Assembly: GCA_016779265.1 (NCBI GenBank)
Contig: JADHNY010000002.1
Coordinates: 13,616-77,615, forward strand
Reading direction: 5' to 3'
From: Pirellulales bacterium
Lineage (GTDB): Bacteria > Planctomycetota > Planctomycetia > Pirellulales > UBA1268
DNA: 64,000 nucleotides
In this document: positions 19,856 through 32,904 of the stretch, piece by piece
Position numbering within the stretch: position 1 is the stretch's first letter
Layout of the letters: each line of letters begins with the position of its first letter
The notes under the pieces: model-generated
The model's input: the letters and a program-made list of their open reading frames with translations, nothing else
The model's database searches: none
What the model was told of the DNA's origin: nothing
Program-made: the position numbers and the translations under genes

Positions 19856-20404
19856 ATGTCAGAGAACGCTCCTATTCCTCCGGCTGGCGACCGGAGGTCA
19901 TTCTTGGCAAAACTCGTCGCCATGGTGGGAGGCGGACTCGCCACGCTCACCCCAGTGGCAGCCGGCGTGTGGATGTCCCTCGACCCACTGCGACGCAAGT
20001 CAGCAGCGGCCACCTTCCTCCCAATCGCCGACGTCTCCAGCGTGCCTGACGACGGGATGCCGCGACAGTTTCCGGTAATCGCTGACCGCACCGACGCCTG
20101 GACCGGGTTTGCTGCGGAGCCGATTGGAGCGGTGTACCTCCGCCGCGAAGCAGGCTCCGATACCGTCCAGGCCTTCACGGCAACCTGTCCACACGCTGGC
20201 TGCTTCATCGAGCTCGATCAGAGGGATCGCTGCTTCCGCTGCCCCTGCCACAACAGCTCGTTCACACTCGATGGCGGCATCGTTTCGCCAAGCCCGAGCC
20301 CTCGTGCCATGGACACCCTTGAGTGTGAAGTTCGTGATGGGCGAGTGTCCGTGAAGTGGGAAAACTTCTACTCCGGCATCGAAGCGAAGGAGGCCCGGCC
20401 ATGA
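19856..20404 (+). CDS. Rieske [2Fe-2S] subunit of a cytochrome bc-type complex
   Basis: 182 aa. Twin-arginine motif DRRSFLAKL and cluster ligands CPHAGC ... CPCHNSSF. GAGGA lies upstream of the ATG. The stop overlaps the next ATG (ATGA). Confidence 0.85.
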   Translation: MSENAPIPPAGDRRSFLAKLVAMVGGGLATLTPVAAGVWMSLDPLRRKSAAATFLPIADVSSVPDDGMPRQFPVIADRTDAWTGFAAEPIGAVYLRREAGSDTVQAFTATCPHAGCFIELDQRDRCFRCPCHNSSFTLDGGIVSPSPSPRAMDTLECEVRDGRVSVKWENFYSGIEAKEARP

Positions 20405-22470
20405 GCAGTGCATCTGGGCCCCGCACCGGCTCTGAGCCGGGGAGAAGGGGTGGCCCGCTGAAGAAGTTGGCCGATTTCTTTGATGATCGCACTGGCTACC
20501 GAGCCTTCGTGCACGAAGCGCTCTACGAGCGTGTGCCGGGGGGAGCCCGCTGGCGGTATGTCTGGGGCAGTACCCTGGTCTTCGCCTTTATCACCCAGGT
20601 GATCACGGGACTGGTGCTCTGGTCGAGCTACTCGGCAAGCGCTCAGACCGCGTGGGAGAGCGTCTACTACATCCAGCATGAGATGGCCGGCGGCTGGCTT
20701 GTCCGCGGTCTGCATCATGTGATGGCCCAGGCGATGGTCGTGCTGCTGGCACTGCATCTCATGCAGGTGGTGATCGACGGGGCCTACAGGGCCCCCCGCG
20801 AGGTGAACTTCTGGCTCGGCCTGATTCTGATGAAACTCGTGCTCGGCATGGCGCTCACGGGCTACCTGCTGCCGTGGGACCAGAAGGGCTACTGGGCCAC
20901 CCGAGTCGCCACCAATCTGGCCGGCCTCGTGCCGATGATTGGGCCCTCGTTGCAGCAGCTTGTCGTCGGTGGGCCAGACTATGGGCACCACACCTTAACC
21001 CGCTTCTTTGCGCTGCATGCTGGGTTCCTGCCCGGCACACTGATCGGCTTCCTGGTCATCCACCTGATCCTGTTCCGCAAGCATGGGCTCTGCGCGAAGC
21101 AGCCATTGAAAAAGCCCGACAGCATGTTCTGGCCTGATCAGGTGTTGAAAGACGTGGTGGCGATGCTTGCGGTGCTCGCAGTGGTCATGGGAGTGATCCT
21201 GTTACCAGCAGTGCGTGCCATGGTTGAGGGACGCCCGATTGTTCCCGGCGAACTGGGTGCTGAGCTCGGTGCACCTGCGGACCCCTCACAGCCGTACGCC
21301 GCCGCTCGACCTGAGTGGTATTTCCTGTTCCTGTTTCAGTTCCTCAAGGTGTTTGAGGGCTGGGGAGCCAACGGAGAGTTTCTCGGCGCGATTGTCGTGC
21401 CGGGAGCCGTGCTCGGCATGATGTTTCTGATGCCTCTGATAGGCCGCTGGAACCTCGGTCATCGCTTCAATGTGCTCTTCACCTTCGCGATCCTGGTTGG
21501 GGCTGGACTGCTGACAGGGATTGCCCTGCAGGAAGACTACGCCGCCCTCTGGGCAGACCGTGAGGCGTATGCCGACGCCGAACAGCTGATTGAAGAAACG
21601 CAGAACGATCCGGAGAAGATCGCCACCGCCCTCGGCAACGACGAGACGAGGCTCGCCGAGTTTCAGGCCAAGGCCCACGAGCTTGAAGCTATCCGTCGCT
21701 CGGAGGCGTTCCTCTCGGCAGTCCAGCAGGCTGAGTTCGATGCCCACCGCGCCGTGGAACTGGCTGGACGCCCCGAGCGGATCCCACCGGGTGGTGCCTT
21801 AGAACTGATCCGCAACGACCCGCTCTCACAGGGGCCACGCCTGTTTGCTCAGCACTGTGCAAGCTGCCATGCGCACGTTGACCCGACACTCGAAGAAGCC
21901 CCGGCGATGCTGGCTGCGTCGTCTGCAGCCAATCTCTACGGTTTTGGGTCGGCCGAATGGGCCCGCGGGCTGCTCGATCCTGAGGCGGTTGTCGGCCCAG
22001 CCTACTTTGGCAACACCGCGCACGCTGACGGCGACATGGTGTCGTATGTCACCGACGACATGACCGATGCTGATACCTGGAGTGATGAGCAGATCGAGGC
22101 AGTTGTCCTCGCACTCGCTGCAGAAGCGGCGGTCGTCAGCGATGAGTCGGCTGATGTCGAAGGTGTTGATGCTGACCGTCTCGAGCAGGGCAGGGCGTTG
22201 CTCGCCGACGAAGAGCGGTGCGGAAGCTGTCATCACGCAGGTGAGAACGAAACAGAGATTGGCTACGCACCCGATCTCGCTGGCTGGGGCAACCGTGAGT
22301 GGCTGATCGGCATCATCAGCGATCCCAATCATGAACGGTTCTACCCAGAGACCAACGACCGGATGCCGAGCTTCGGTGTTGCCGAGGAAGGGGGGGTGCC
22401 AGCCCTCTCCGCCGCCGAGGTTGGCCTCCTTGCCGACTGGCTCCGTGGCGACTGGTATCGAGGCGAGTGA
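20401..22470 (+). CDS. cytochrome b fused to a C-terminal dihaem cytochrome c domain
   Basis: Start taken at the ATG overlapping the Rieske stop. The N-terminal ~400 aa are polytopic and cytochrome b-like (His-bearing helices, PEWYFLFLFQ motif). The C-terminal part carries CASCH and CGSCH haem-binding motifs. Confidence 0.85.
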   Translation: MSSASGPRTGSEPGRRGGPLKKLADFFDDRTGYRAFVHEALYERVPGGARWRYVWGSTLVFAFITQVITGLVLWSSYSASAQTAWESVYYIQHEMAGGWLVRGLHHVMAQAMVVLLALHLMQVVIDGAYRAPREVNFWLGLILMKLVLGMALTGYLLPWDQKGYWATRVATNLAGLVPMIGPSLQQLVVGGPDYGHHTLTRFFALHAGFLPGTLIGFLVIHLILFRKHGLCAKQPLKKPDSMFWPDQVLKDVVAMLAVLAVVMGVILLPAVRAMVEGRPIVPGELGAELGAPADPSQPYAAARPEWYFLFLFQFLKVFEGWGANGEFLGAIVVPGAVLGMMFLMPLIGRWNLGHRFNVLFTFAILVGAGLLTGIALQEDYAALWADREAYADAEQLIEETQNDPEKIATALGNDETRLAEFQAKAHELEAIRRSEAFLSAVQQAEFDAHRAVELAGRPERIPPGGALELIRNDPLSQGPRLFAQHCASCHAHVDPTLEEAPAMLAASSAANLYGFGSAEWARGLLDPEAVVGPAYFGNTAHADGDMVSYVTDDMTDADTWSDEQIEAVVLALAAEAAVVSDESADVEGVDADRLEQGRALLADEERCGSCHHAGENETEIGYAPDLAGWGNREWLIGIISDPNHERFYPETNDRMPSFGVAEEGGVPALSAAEVGLLADWLRGDWYRGE

Positions 22471-22568
22471 GCTCCCGCCATGGAAGGCTGAGCCCCACTA
22501 ACGGACGGTTTCTCGGTACGAGGACCACTCCGCTACAGTGAACCGATCGCCGCACACGAAAGGATCGC

Positions 22569-25319
22569 ATGGCGAAGCCTGCTTCACCGGTCGACTTCTG
22601 GCAGCTTCTGCTTGAGAGCCGGCTGCTTGCCGCTGATGAGTTTCCCACGCTCCGCGAGCAGTGTGAGAAAGCCTTACCAGCAGCCGACGCAACAGGCATC
22701 GCGACCTGGCTTGGCAGACATGGCAAGCTCACCGCCTGGCAGGCACGGCAGCTTCTCAAGGGCCGCAACGGCCCATTCTTCCTCGGAGACTATCGGCTCC
22801 TTGAGCAGCAGAAAACGCCCTTTCGCGGCCGGCTGTTCACGGCTCGCCACGAACCGAGCGGTCGCGATGTCGCCTTGGTCGTGCTTGACTCGGAGGCGTG
22901 TGACAACGCCACGACCTGGGAAGCAATCGTGCAGGCAACCCAGTTGGCCACGGGGGTCAGTGATCCTGTTCTCTCCAAGACATGGGCTCTTGAGCAGGTG
23001 GGGCGACGGCGACTGATCGTCTGCGAACGGGTCGAAGGCACGCCGCTGAGTGAACAGTTCACTGAGCGGGGCTCGCGTCCCCTCGTCTCGACCGGAGAGC
23101 TCGCCTTCGAGATTGCCCGGGCCGTTGCCGAACTCCATCGCCACGGAATCGTGCATGGGGCGATCTCGCTGCACACAATCCTGGAAACGAGCCCCACTGC
23201 TCCTGAGAACTCACCGAGCGTTCGGCTCCTGCAGTTTCCGCTTGCCGCTGATCCTCACCTCCTGCCACCCCGACTGCCTCTCGCCAGCCCCCAGCAGCTG
23301 GAGGCCCTCGGGCAGCGGGTCTGTTTTTCCGCACCCGAACTCACCTCCCCTGGCAGCACAGCCACAGCCACCAGCGACGTCTACTCACTCGGCTGTGTGC
23401 TGGCGGCACTCCTCACAGGCAGCCTCCCCAACTGGGATGGCACCGTATCCGGCACACTCAGTCGCACCCAGCAGGAGGGCCTCGCAGCTCTCGCCACTGA
23501 CGGTCTTCCCGAAGAAGTCGCCACCGCCATCAGCTACATGACGGCCCGCGATCCACTCGATCGCTACCCCTCTGCGGTCGATGCGGCGGCTGCGGTGGCA
23601 GCCTGTTTTGGCCTGCCGGAGTTTCCCCTCGATCCGCCGGCAACCGCGGTGATCGCCACCGAGGAGACCGGGCCGCAGGTGACAACCGATTCCGCGGTGG
23701 CTACGCCTGCCTTACGTCGCCGGCGTCGAGCGAAAGCCTCTCGCTCCCGGCGGTGGCAGACGATCGCCGTGGGGCTCGCCGCTGCCGTGATCGCCTGCGC
23801 GGGCGCCGCCGGCATCTGGATGGCACTGACGCCGAAGACCAATGAAGAGGTTGTCAGCGAGCCACCGCTCGATGACAACGACGAGAGCGTGGGTCCTGAG
23901 CAACAAGGCGACAGCGATGAGGCAGGGCTCGCAGCTGGTCGGCCGCAGCAGCTACTTGATGACGACTCCCTGCCCTGGGCTTCTCCTACAAATGGGCTGC
24001 CACCATCGCTTGCCTATCTGCCTCAGGGCAGTCAGCTGATGCTCTTCGCCAGACCTGCAGATCTGCTGGCCAGTGATGAAGGCGAGCGGTTCCTCAAGGC
24101 GCTTGGCCCACGTGTCGAGGCTCTCCTCGTTCAAGTCGAGACGGTGACGGGAGTCTCTCGCACACACCTCGAGGAGCTGCGGATCGGCTGGAGTACCACC
24201 GCCGACGGTACCGCCACTGCTGGCGTGGTGGTGATCAGTGACGCACCGCTTGATGCCTCCGCTGCCGACGCCCGCTGGTCAAAAGGACCTGCCACCGAGC
24301 AGGATGGCGAGACGGTCTATCGCGTAGGCGATGTCAGCTACTGGCAGCCCACCAAGGAAGAAGGACGGGTGTTGGTAATCGGCTCGCCCTCTGGGATTGA
24401 AGAGAGCCTCGCCACCGATGGGCTGGCTCTTGTCGCCCCCGACGTGGAACGGCTGGTGGAGGCACTCGATCAGCAGCGGCAGCTGACGCTGATCGGCTCG
24501 CCGAGTTTTCTACGAAATGATGGCCGGCTCTTTCTTCCAAAGCAGCTCACTCCTCCGGCCAACACCATCGCCGACCTGCTCGGCGAACGCACTACCGTTG
24601 CCGCGGTCTCGCTGTTTCTCGGAAACACCTGTTACCTCGAGGTCGACGCCGTGCCGACGACCGCAGAGGCTCCACAGCGTCTGGTTGACGATGTCGCTGA
24701 ACGGCTCAACTCTTTGGCACTCGACGTGGAACAGCGATGCCGAGACCTTGCTCCCGGCTACGGCGGCCTGCTGATCGGCCGACTGCCAGGCATGCTTCGG
24801 GTGGTTGCCGCAGAACTCCGCTGGGGGATCGAAGATGGGCTGGCGGTCCTGAATGTGCACCTGCCACTCGAAGCCGCCCACAACCTCGCCCTCGCAAGTG
24901 AACTTGCCCTGGCTCAGGAGCCTGGTGGCCTTCAGGTCGCGGCCACGACGGCCCCTGTCGAGCCAGCAGCACCCGTGACGATCGAAGACAAGCTCGCCCA
25001 AAGGGTAAGCCTTGTGTTTGCCAAAGACACGCTTGAGAAATCGATCGAAATGCTCTCTTCAGAGAGTGGCATTCCGATGGAAATTCTTGGTGGCGACCTG
25101 CAACTGGAAGGCATCACAAAGAATCAGTCGTTCGGTCTCGACCAAAAAGATCAGTCGGTCGACGCGATCCTGCGTGTCATCCTCGAGAAGGCCAATCCCG
25201 ATGGCAAACTCGTGTATGTGTTGCGGGGAGAGGGTGACGAGACGTCACTTGCGATCACCACCCGAGCGGCGGTGGCGAAGCGAGGCGACACACTGCCCGC
25301 CGGCTTCGAAGAGCCCTGA
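22569..25319 (+). CDS. membrane-anchored Ser/Thr protein kinase-like protein, predicted pseudokinase
   Basis: 916 aa. The kinase fold is recognisable (SAPE, SDVYSLGCVLAALLTG), but VAIK is VALV, HRD..K..N is HGAISLHT and DFG is QFP. One TM segment (IAVGLAAAVIACAGAAGIWMAL) is followed by a ~490-aa extracytoplasmic region. Confidence 0.75.
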   Translation: MAKPASPVDFWQLLLESRLLAADEFPTLREQCEKALPAADATGIATWLGRHGKLTAWQARQLLKGRNGPFFLGDYRLLEQQKTPFRGRLFTARHEPSGRDVALVVLDSEACDNATTWEAIVQATQLATGVSDPVLSKTWALEQVGRRRLIVCERVEGTPLSEQFTERGSRPLVSTGELAFEIARAVAELHRHGIVHGAISLHTILETSPTAPENSPSVRLLQFPLAADPHLLPPRLPLASPQQLEALGQRVCFSAPELTSPGSTATATSDVYSLGCVLAALLTGSLPNWDGTVSGTLSRTQQEGLAALATDGLPEEVATAISYMTARDPLDRYPSAVDAAAAVAACFGLPEFPLDPPATAVIATEETGPQVTTDSAVATPALRRRRRAKASRSRRWQTIAVGLAAAVIACAGAAGIWMALTPKTNEEVVSEPPLDDNDESVGPEQQGDSDEAGLAAGRPQQLLDDDSLPWASPTNGLPPSLAYLPQGSQLMLFARPADLLASDEGERFLKALGPRVEALLVQVETVTGVSRTHLEELRIGWSTTADGTATAGVVVISDAPLDASAADARWSKGPATEQDGETVYRVGDVSYWQPTKEEGRVLVIGSPSGIEESLATDGLALVAPDVERLVEALDQQRQLTLIGSPSFLRNDGRLFLPKQLTPPANTIADLLGERTTVAAVSLFLGNTCYLEVDAVPTTAEAPQRLVDDVAERLNSLALDVEQRCRDLAPGYGGLLIGRLPGMLRVVAAELRWGIEDGLAVLNVHLPLEAAHNLALASELALAQEPGGLQVAATTAPVEPAAPVTIEDKLAQRVSLVFAKDTLEKSIEMLSSESGIPMEILGGDLQLEGITKNQSFGLDQKDQSVDAILRVILEKANPDGKLVYVLRGEGDETSLAITTRAAVAKRGDTLPAGFEEP

Positions 25320-25329
25320 TGCCACAGGC

Positions 25330-25349
25330 CTGCAATCGCCTCATTGCAG
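25330..25349. terminator. hairpin at the convergent kinase-like / mgtE junction (weak)
   Basis: CTGCAAT-CGCCTC-ATTGCAG, a 7-bp stem that overlaps the mgtE stop codon. No U-tract. Confidence 0.25.
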
Positions 25350-26681
25350 CAGCAGCATCCCGATCGCCATGTAGATCAGGATTCCTACAACGTCGACAAT
25401 CGCTGACACGAACGGGTTGCTCATCAGGGCGGGGTCGAGGCCGAGTGAGCGAAACAGCAGCGGCAGCACCGAGCCGACCAGCGTGCCCATCATCACAACC
25501 CCGAGGATCGTGACCGGGATCACCAGAGCGGCAACCAGGTTTGGGGCGTAGAACGCCGCCAGCAGATAGCCTGGCACCGCCAACAGGCCGCCCAGCAGCA
25601 GGCCGAGCACAATCTCTCGGCGGAGGATCCGCGGCCAATCGGCCAGCGTGCAGTCGCCCGTGGAGAGGGCTGTGATCACAAGGGTGGCAGACTGGTTGCC
25701 CGAGTTGCCACCGCTGGCGACAACCAGTGGTATGAAGGCGATCAGCCAGGCGTGTTGCATCGGAGCTCGGGCGAGCAGCATCGCAGTGATCGCTCCTGTC
25801 CCGAACAGAATCGTCAGCCAGACACCTCGTTTCCAGGTCATCGAGGTGACGGCGGCTTCGAGGTAGCTCTCCCCCAGCGGTGCGATAGCGGCGATCATGT
25901 GGGCGTCGTCGGTCGCGTCTTCGCGGATGGCATCAAGCACGTCGTCGTGGGTCACAATCCCGACCAGCCGATTCTCGTCATCGACCACGGGAATCGCGAG
26001 AAAGTCGAAGCGAGCCAGTTTCTGCACCACCTCGTCGCGGGGCTCGTCGAGCCGCACGCGGATCACGTCGGTCTCCATCAGGTCTCGTACTAGAGCCGTC
26101 GGCCTGGCCACGATCAGGTCTCTCAACGACACAAAACCGAGGAGGTGGCGGTCAGGGTCGAGCACGTAGATGTAGTAGATCGATTCACTGTCTGGGGCCT
26201 GGGCCCGCAGCCGCGAAATCGCCTCACCCGCCGTGATGCCGGCTGGGAGTGAGGCGTACTCCGTGGTCATCAGTGCCCCGGCTGAGTCCTCTGGGCACGA
26301 GAGAAGCAAGCGAATGCTCTGCCGTTCCGCCTTGGCGACAAACGGCAGGATTTCTTCGACGAGATCTTCGTCGAGTTCACGCAGAACATCGTCGCGATTG
26401 TCCGATGCCATCGACTCCAGCAGCTGGCCTGCTTTGGGGCGATCAGCGAGCTCGAGCAGGGCCACCTGCTCGGCCATTGGGTAGTAGGGAAATACCTCTG
26501 CCTGGCGATTGACCGCCACACTGTCGAGTAAAGCCCAGATTTCCGCCGGCTCCAAGCCCTCGGAAAACTCTGCCACCGTCGCTGGATGCAGTTCTTCGGC
26601 AACCTCGCGTAATCCCTGCAGATCCCCCTCGGTGATCATGCTGCGGAGTTCAGGAAGCAGGATGGGGTTGGCGGGATTCAT
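25341..26681 (-). CDS. mgtE: magnesium transporter MgtE
   Basis: 446 aa. N-terminal MgtE domain, CBS pair (FLAIPVVDDENRLVGIVTHDDVLD) and a C-terminal 5-TM domain with GNSGNQSATL. Confidence 0.95.
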   Translation of the reverse strand: MNPANPILLPELRSMITEGDLQGLREVAEELHPATVAEFSEGLEPAEIWALLDSVAVNRQAEVFPYYPMAEQVALLELADRPKAGQLLESMASDNRDDVLRELDEDLVEEILPFVAKAERQSIRLLLSCPEDSAGALMTTEYASLPAGITAGEAISRLRAQAPDSESIYYIYVLDPDRHLLGFVSLRDLIVARPTALVRDLMETDVIRVRLDEPRDEVVQKLARFDFLAIPVVDDENRLVGIVTHDDVLDAIREDATDDAHMIAAIAPLGESYLEAAVTSMTWKRGVWLTILFGTGAITAMLLARAPMQHAWLIAFIPLVVASGGNSGNQSATLVITALSTGDCTLADWPRILRREIVLGLLLGGLLAVPGYLLAAFYAPNLVAALVIPVTILGVVMMGTLVGSVLPLLFRSLGLDPALMSNPFVSAIVDVVGILIYMAIGMLLLQ

Positions 26682-26857
26682 GGCAGCAGGTTCTACCCTG
26701 GCGAGAAGGTTTTGCCATGGTCAGCATCGCAAGGATGCAGGCTCACTTCGCAGGCTCCATTCGTTGTCGATCACACGCCAACGCGCTAGACTCCCGCAGG
26801 GGCGTGCGAAACCCACGCTCTTGTTCCATCCTACGTCGGAAAAAATGGGCTGCATGC

Positions 26858-29771
<2,914 letters not shown>

Positions 29772-29885
29772 CGGCTCAACCTGGCGGGAGAAGCCGGCTC
29801 CGGGGCGGCAGATGTCGCCTCGCTCGACGCTGCATTCACTCGGCCCCACAGGGCCAAATGAGGTCACTACACGCGCCTTCAGCGA

Positions 29886-30015
29886 GGGGGAGCCCGGTGC
29901 TGATCTACCGGCGTGGGTCTTCGAGCGAAGCCTGGAAGGCGAAAGCGAGATACCTCGAGTGAGCGAAGGCAGGGATGCCGGAGCGAACGCCCGGTGGAAC
30001 AACACTGGGCTCCCC
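29886..30015. ncRNA. candidate structured RNA, family unassigned
   Basis: A 13-bp long-range helix (29887-29899 with 30003-30015, one G.U) encloses nested helices, a GGCA-GGGA-UGCC hairpin and three GAGCGAA repeats. It sits in a 327-bp gene-free spacer. The strand is unknown. Confidence 0.3.
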
Positions 30016-30098
30016 GAACGGCCCCACCAGTTGCCCCACTCCGCAGACCCGCCCGACAATAGAATCTCCCCACACCGTAACCGCCCCCGGAGCCCCCC

Positions 30099-31400
30099 AT
30101 GCACCGCCTCGCCACACTCGCGCCACTCTGCCTTGTCGCCACCTGCCTGGCCATCGCCTGCACCGCAGCCCATGCCGAAGACTGGCCGCAGTGGCGTGGC
30201 GTCAACCGGGATGGCGTGGTCCATGACACCGAGCTGCTCACGACCCTGCCCGAGGGCCCGCTGCCTCACACCTGGAGCCAGCCGGTCGGCAGTGGCTACA
30301 GCGGGCCGACAGTTGCGGGGGGCCGGGTCTATCTGACCGATCAGGTGCGGGAGAACGTCGAGCGGGTGCTCTGCTTCGACGCAGCAACGGGGACGCCGCT
30401 GTGGCAGCATGAATACGACGCGGTCTACACGATCGGCTACCGGGCAGGCCCCCGGGCGTCGGTGACCATCCACGACGGCCGGGCCTTTGCGGTCGGGGCG
30501 ATGGGCCACTTCCACTGCTTCGACGCAGCCGACGGAGCCGTTCACTGGCAGCGTGATCTCGCTGCTGACTACAACGCCGCCATGCCGATCTGGGGCATCA
30601 CCGCATCACCACTGGTCTACGGAGATCTCGTGATTCAGGTGGCCGCTGGCCAGGGTGGTGCGTGTGTCGTCGCGCTCGATCTGGCCACCGGCACGGAACG
30701 CTGGCGGGCCCTCGACGAGCCTGCCGGCTACAGCGCACCTGTGCTGATTCAGCAGGGTGGGCAGGATGTGCTCGTCTGCTGGACAGGAGCGAGCATTTCA
30801 GGACTCGAGCCCTCCACTGGCAAGGTCTTCTGGAGTGTGCCGATGGCGTCACGCAACATGCCGATCGGCGTGGCCACGCCCGTGATCCAGGATGACCTGC
30901 TGTTCGTCTCGTCGTTCTACGATGGCTCGATGCTGATCCGCTTCTCAAAAGACACGCCAACTGCCGAGCAGGTCTGGTATCGCGTCGGCCGCGACGAGAA
31001 GAACACCGACGCCCTGCACTGCATGATCAGCACACCGATGCTCAAGGGCGATCACATTTACGGGGTGGATAGCTACGGCGAACTCCGCTGCCTGGATCTC
31101 AAGACTGGCGACCGCGTGTGGGAGGATCTCACCGCCGTGCCTCGCAACCGCTGGGCGACGATCCATATCATTCGTGATGGCACTCGTGAGATCATGCTCA
31201 ACGATTCCGGTGACCTGATCTTCGCTACCCTCGCCCCCGACGGCTTTCACGAACAGTCGCGGGCCCACCTGATCGACCCCACGCGTGTGCAGCTTGGCCG
31301 GGGCGACGGTGTGGTCTGGGCCCATCCGGCGATTGCCAACGGCTTCATCTTCGCCCGCAGTGACGAAGAGCTGATCTGCAGTCCGCTCCGCTCGCCATGA
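30099..31400 (+). CDS. PQQ-like beta-propeller repeat protein, exported
   Basis: 433 aa. Signal peptide followed by [14 protein letters not shown], then repeated propeller blades. Paralogous to 39837..41120. Confidence 0.8.
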   Translation: MHRLATLAPLCLVATCLAIACTAAHAEDWPQWRGVNRDGVVHDTELLTTLPEGPLPHTWSQPVGSGYSGPTVAGGRVYLTDQVRENVERVLCFDAATGTPLWQHEYDAVYTIGYRAGPRASVTIHDGRAFAVGAMGHFHCFDAADGAVHWQRDLAADYNAAMPIWGITASPLVYGDLVIQVAAGQGGACVVALDLATGTERWRALDEPAGYSAPVLIQQGGQDVLVCWTGASISGLEPSTGKVFWSVPMASRNMPIGVATPVIQDDLLFVSSFYDGSMLIRFSKDTPTAEQVWYRVGRDEKNTDALHCMISTPMLKGDHIYGVDSYGELRCLDLKTGDRVWEDLTAVPRNRWATIHIIRDGTREIMLNDSGDLIFATLAPDGFHEQSRAHLIDPTRVQLGRGDGVVWAHPAIANGFIFARSDEELICSPLRSP

Positions 31401-31524
31401 GAGTTCGCTCTGGCCGCGGAGCGACGGGCCACGTTTTGAGTGGCTGTGCTCGCAACGATACGATTTCTCGCGTGCTGTTGTCTGCAGCACGAGACGTCGG
31501 CCGCCGCCAGGGGAGAGAACAACC

Positions 31525-32799
31525 GTGGGTTTAGAATCGAGACAGTCAGCAGCCATCGAAGAGGCTGGCAGGCTTGCCAACGAACGCTACGCCGCCTGCG
31601 GTGTCGACGTCGAAGCTGCGATGACGACCCTCGCCACAGTGCCCGTCTCGCTGCACTGCTGGCAGGGCGACGACGTGCAGGGCTTTGAGTCGACCGGTGA
31701 TGCGATCGGCGGTGGCCTCGCAGTCACCGGCTCCTATCCCGGCCGAGCCCGCACTCCCGAGGAACTCAAGAGCGACCTGCAAAAGGCCCTCTCGCTGATC
31801 CCCGGCCGACACCGGCTGAACCTGCATGCCTGCTACGGCGAGTTTGGTGGAAAAAAAGTTGACCGAAATGAGATCGAGCCTGAGCACTTTGCCGGCTGGG
31901 TCGACTGGGCCCGCGACCAGAAGCTTGGTCTCGACTTCAACCCCACCTGCTTCGCCCACCCCAAGGCAGCCGACGGCTTCACGCTCGCCCATGCCGACAA
32001 AGCCATCCGCGACTTCTGGATTGAACACTGCACCCGCTGCCGGCAGATCGGGGCAGGCTTTGGTGAGGCCCTCGGCACGCCCTGCGTGACAAACGTCTGG
32101 GTGCCCGACGGCTTCAAGGACACACCCGCCGACCGCATGGGTGCCCGTGCCCGACTCGCGGAGTCGCTGGACGAAGTGTTTGCCGAGCCGCTGCCGCGAG
32201 AGCACCTGCTCGACGCGGTGGAGTCAAAGCTCTTTGGGATTGGCGCCGAGAGCTGCACCGTCGGCTCCCATGAGTTCTATCTCGGCTATGCGATCACCCG
32301 GGAAACACTGCTCTGCCTCGACGCGGGCCACTTCCATCCCACCGAGACCATCAGCGACAAGATCTCAAGCGCCCTGCTGTATCTGCCGGAAATCCTGCTG
32401 CATGTCAGCCGTGGTGTCCGCTGGGACAGCGACCATGTCGTCACCCTCAATGACGACCTGCTGGCGATCACCCGCGAGATTGTGGCCACAGGCGACATCT
32501 CCCGGGTGCACATCGGTCTCGACTTCTTTGATGCCAGCATCAATCGCGTCGCTGCCTGGGTCATTGGCACCCGCAACCTGCTCAAGGGCGTGCTCCTGGG
32601 GCTGCTCGAGCCGCCGGCGATTCGCGCAGCCGAAGCCGGCGGCGACACCACTGCCCGGCTGGCCCTCCAGGAGGAGGCGAAAAGCCTTCCATTCGGCAGC
32701 GTTTGGGATCAGTATTGTCTTCGCTTGGGTGTGCCGGTGGGGAGTGACTGGCTTGAGGTCGTGCGTGGCTACGAGCGGGATGTGACCAGCAAACGGTAG
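31525..32799 (+). CDS. rhaA: L-rhamnose isomerase
   Basis: 424 aa, collinear with E. coli RhaA as I recall it: [63 protein letters not shown] start preceded by GGGGAGAG. Confidence 0.9.
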   Translation: MGLESRQSAAIEEAGRLANERYAACGVDVEAAMTTLATVPVSLHCWQGDDVQGFESTGDAIGGGLAVTGSYPGRARTPEELKSDLQKALSLIPGRHRLNLHACYGEFGGKKVDRNEIEPEHFAGWVDWARDQKLGLDFNPTCFAHPKAADGFTLAHADKAIRDFWIEHCTRCRQIGAGFGEALGTPCVTNVWVPDGFKDTPADRMGARARLAESLDEVFAEPLPREHLLDAVESKLFGIGAESCTVGSHEFYLGYAITRETLLCLDAGHFHPTETISDKISSALLYLPEILLHVSRGVRWDSDHVVTLNDDLLAITREIVATGDISRVHIGLDFFDASINRVAAWVIGTRNLLKGVLLGLLEPPAIRAAEAGGDTTARLALQEEAKSLPFGSVWDQYCLRLGVPVGSDWLEVVRGYERDVTSKR

Positions 32800-32904
32800 C
32801 GTCACGGCGAACACCCAGGGATGACCTCGGCTGCCAGTTGGGAAACACCGCCATCAGGCATGAGCCGAGCAGGCGGCAACGGACTTTGAAGGGGAGGGCT
32901 GCAG

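Noticed and set aside
26682-26857. M-box (Mg2+ riboswitch) upstream of mgtE.
   Set aside because: The reverse-strand leader shows none of the conserved M-box segments I remember. The spacer is a divergent promoter region.
29886-30015. Bacterial SRP (4.5S) RNA. The GCC-UGGAA-GGC-GAAAGCGAG segment vaguely recalls UCC-GGAA-GGAAGCAGC of domain IV.
   Set aside because: The apical loop is a pentaloop. The conserved GGAAGCAGC / CAGGUC strands are not present. The element folds as a branched structure rather than one long hairpin. I kept it only as an unassigned RNA candidate.
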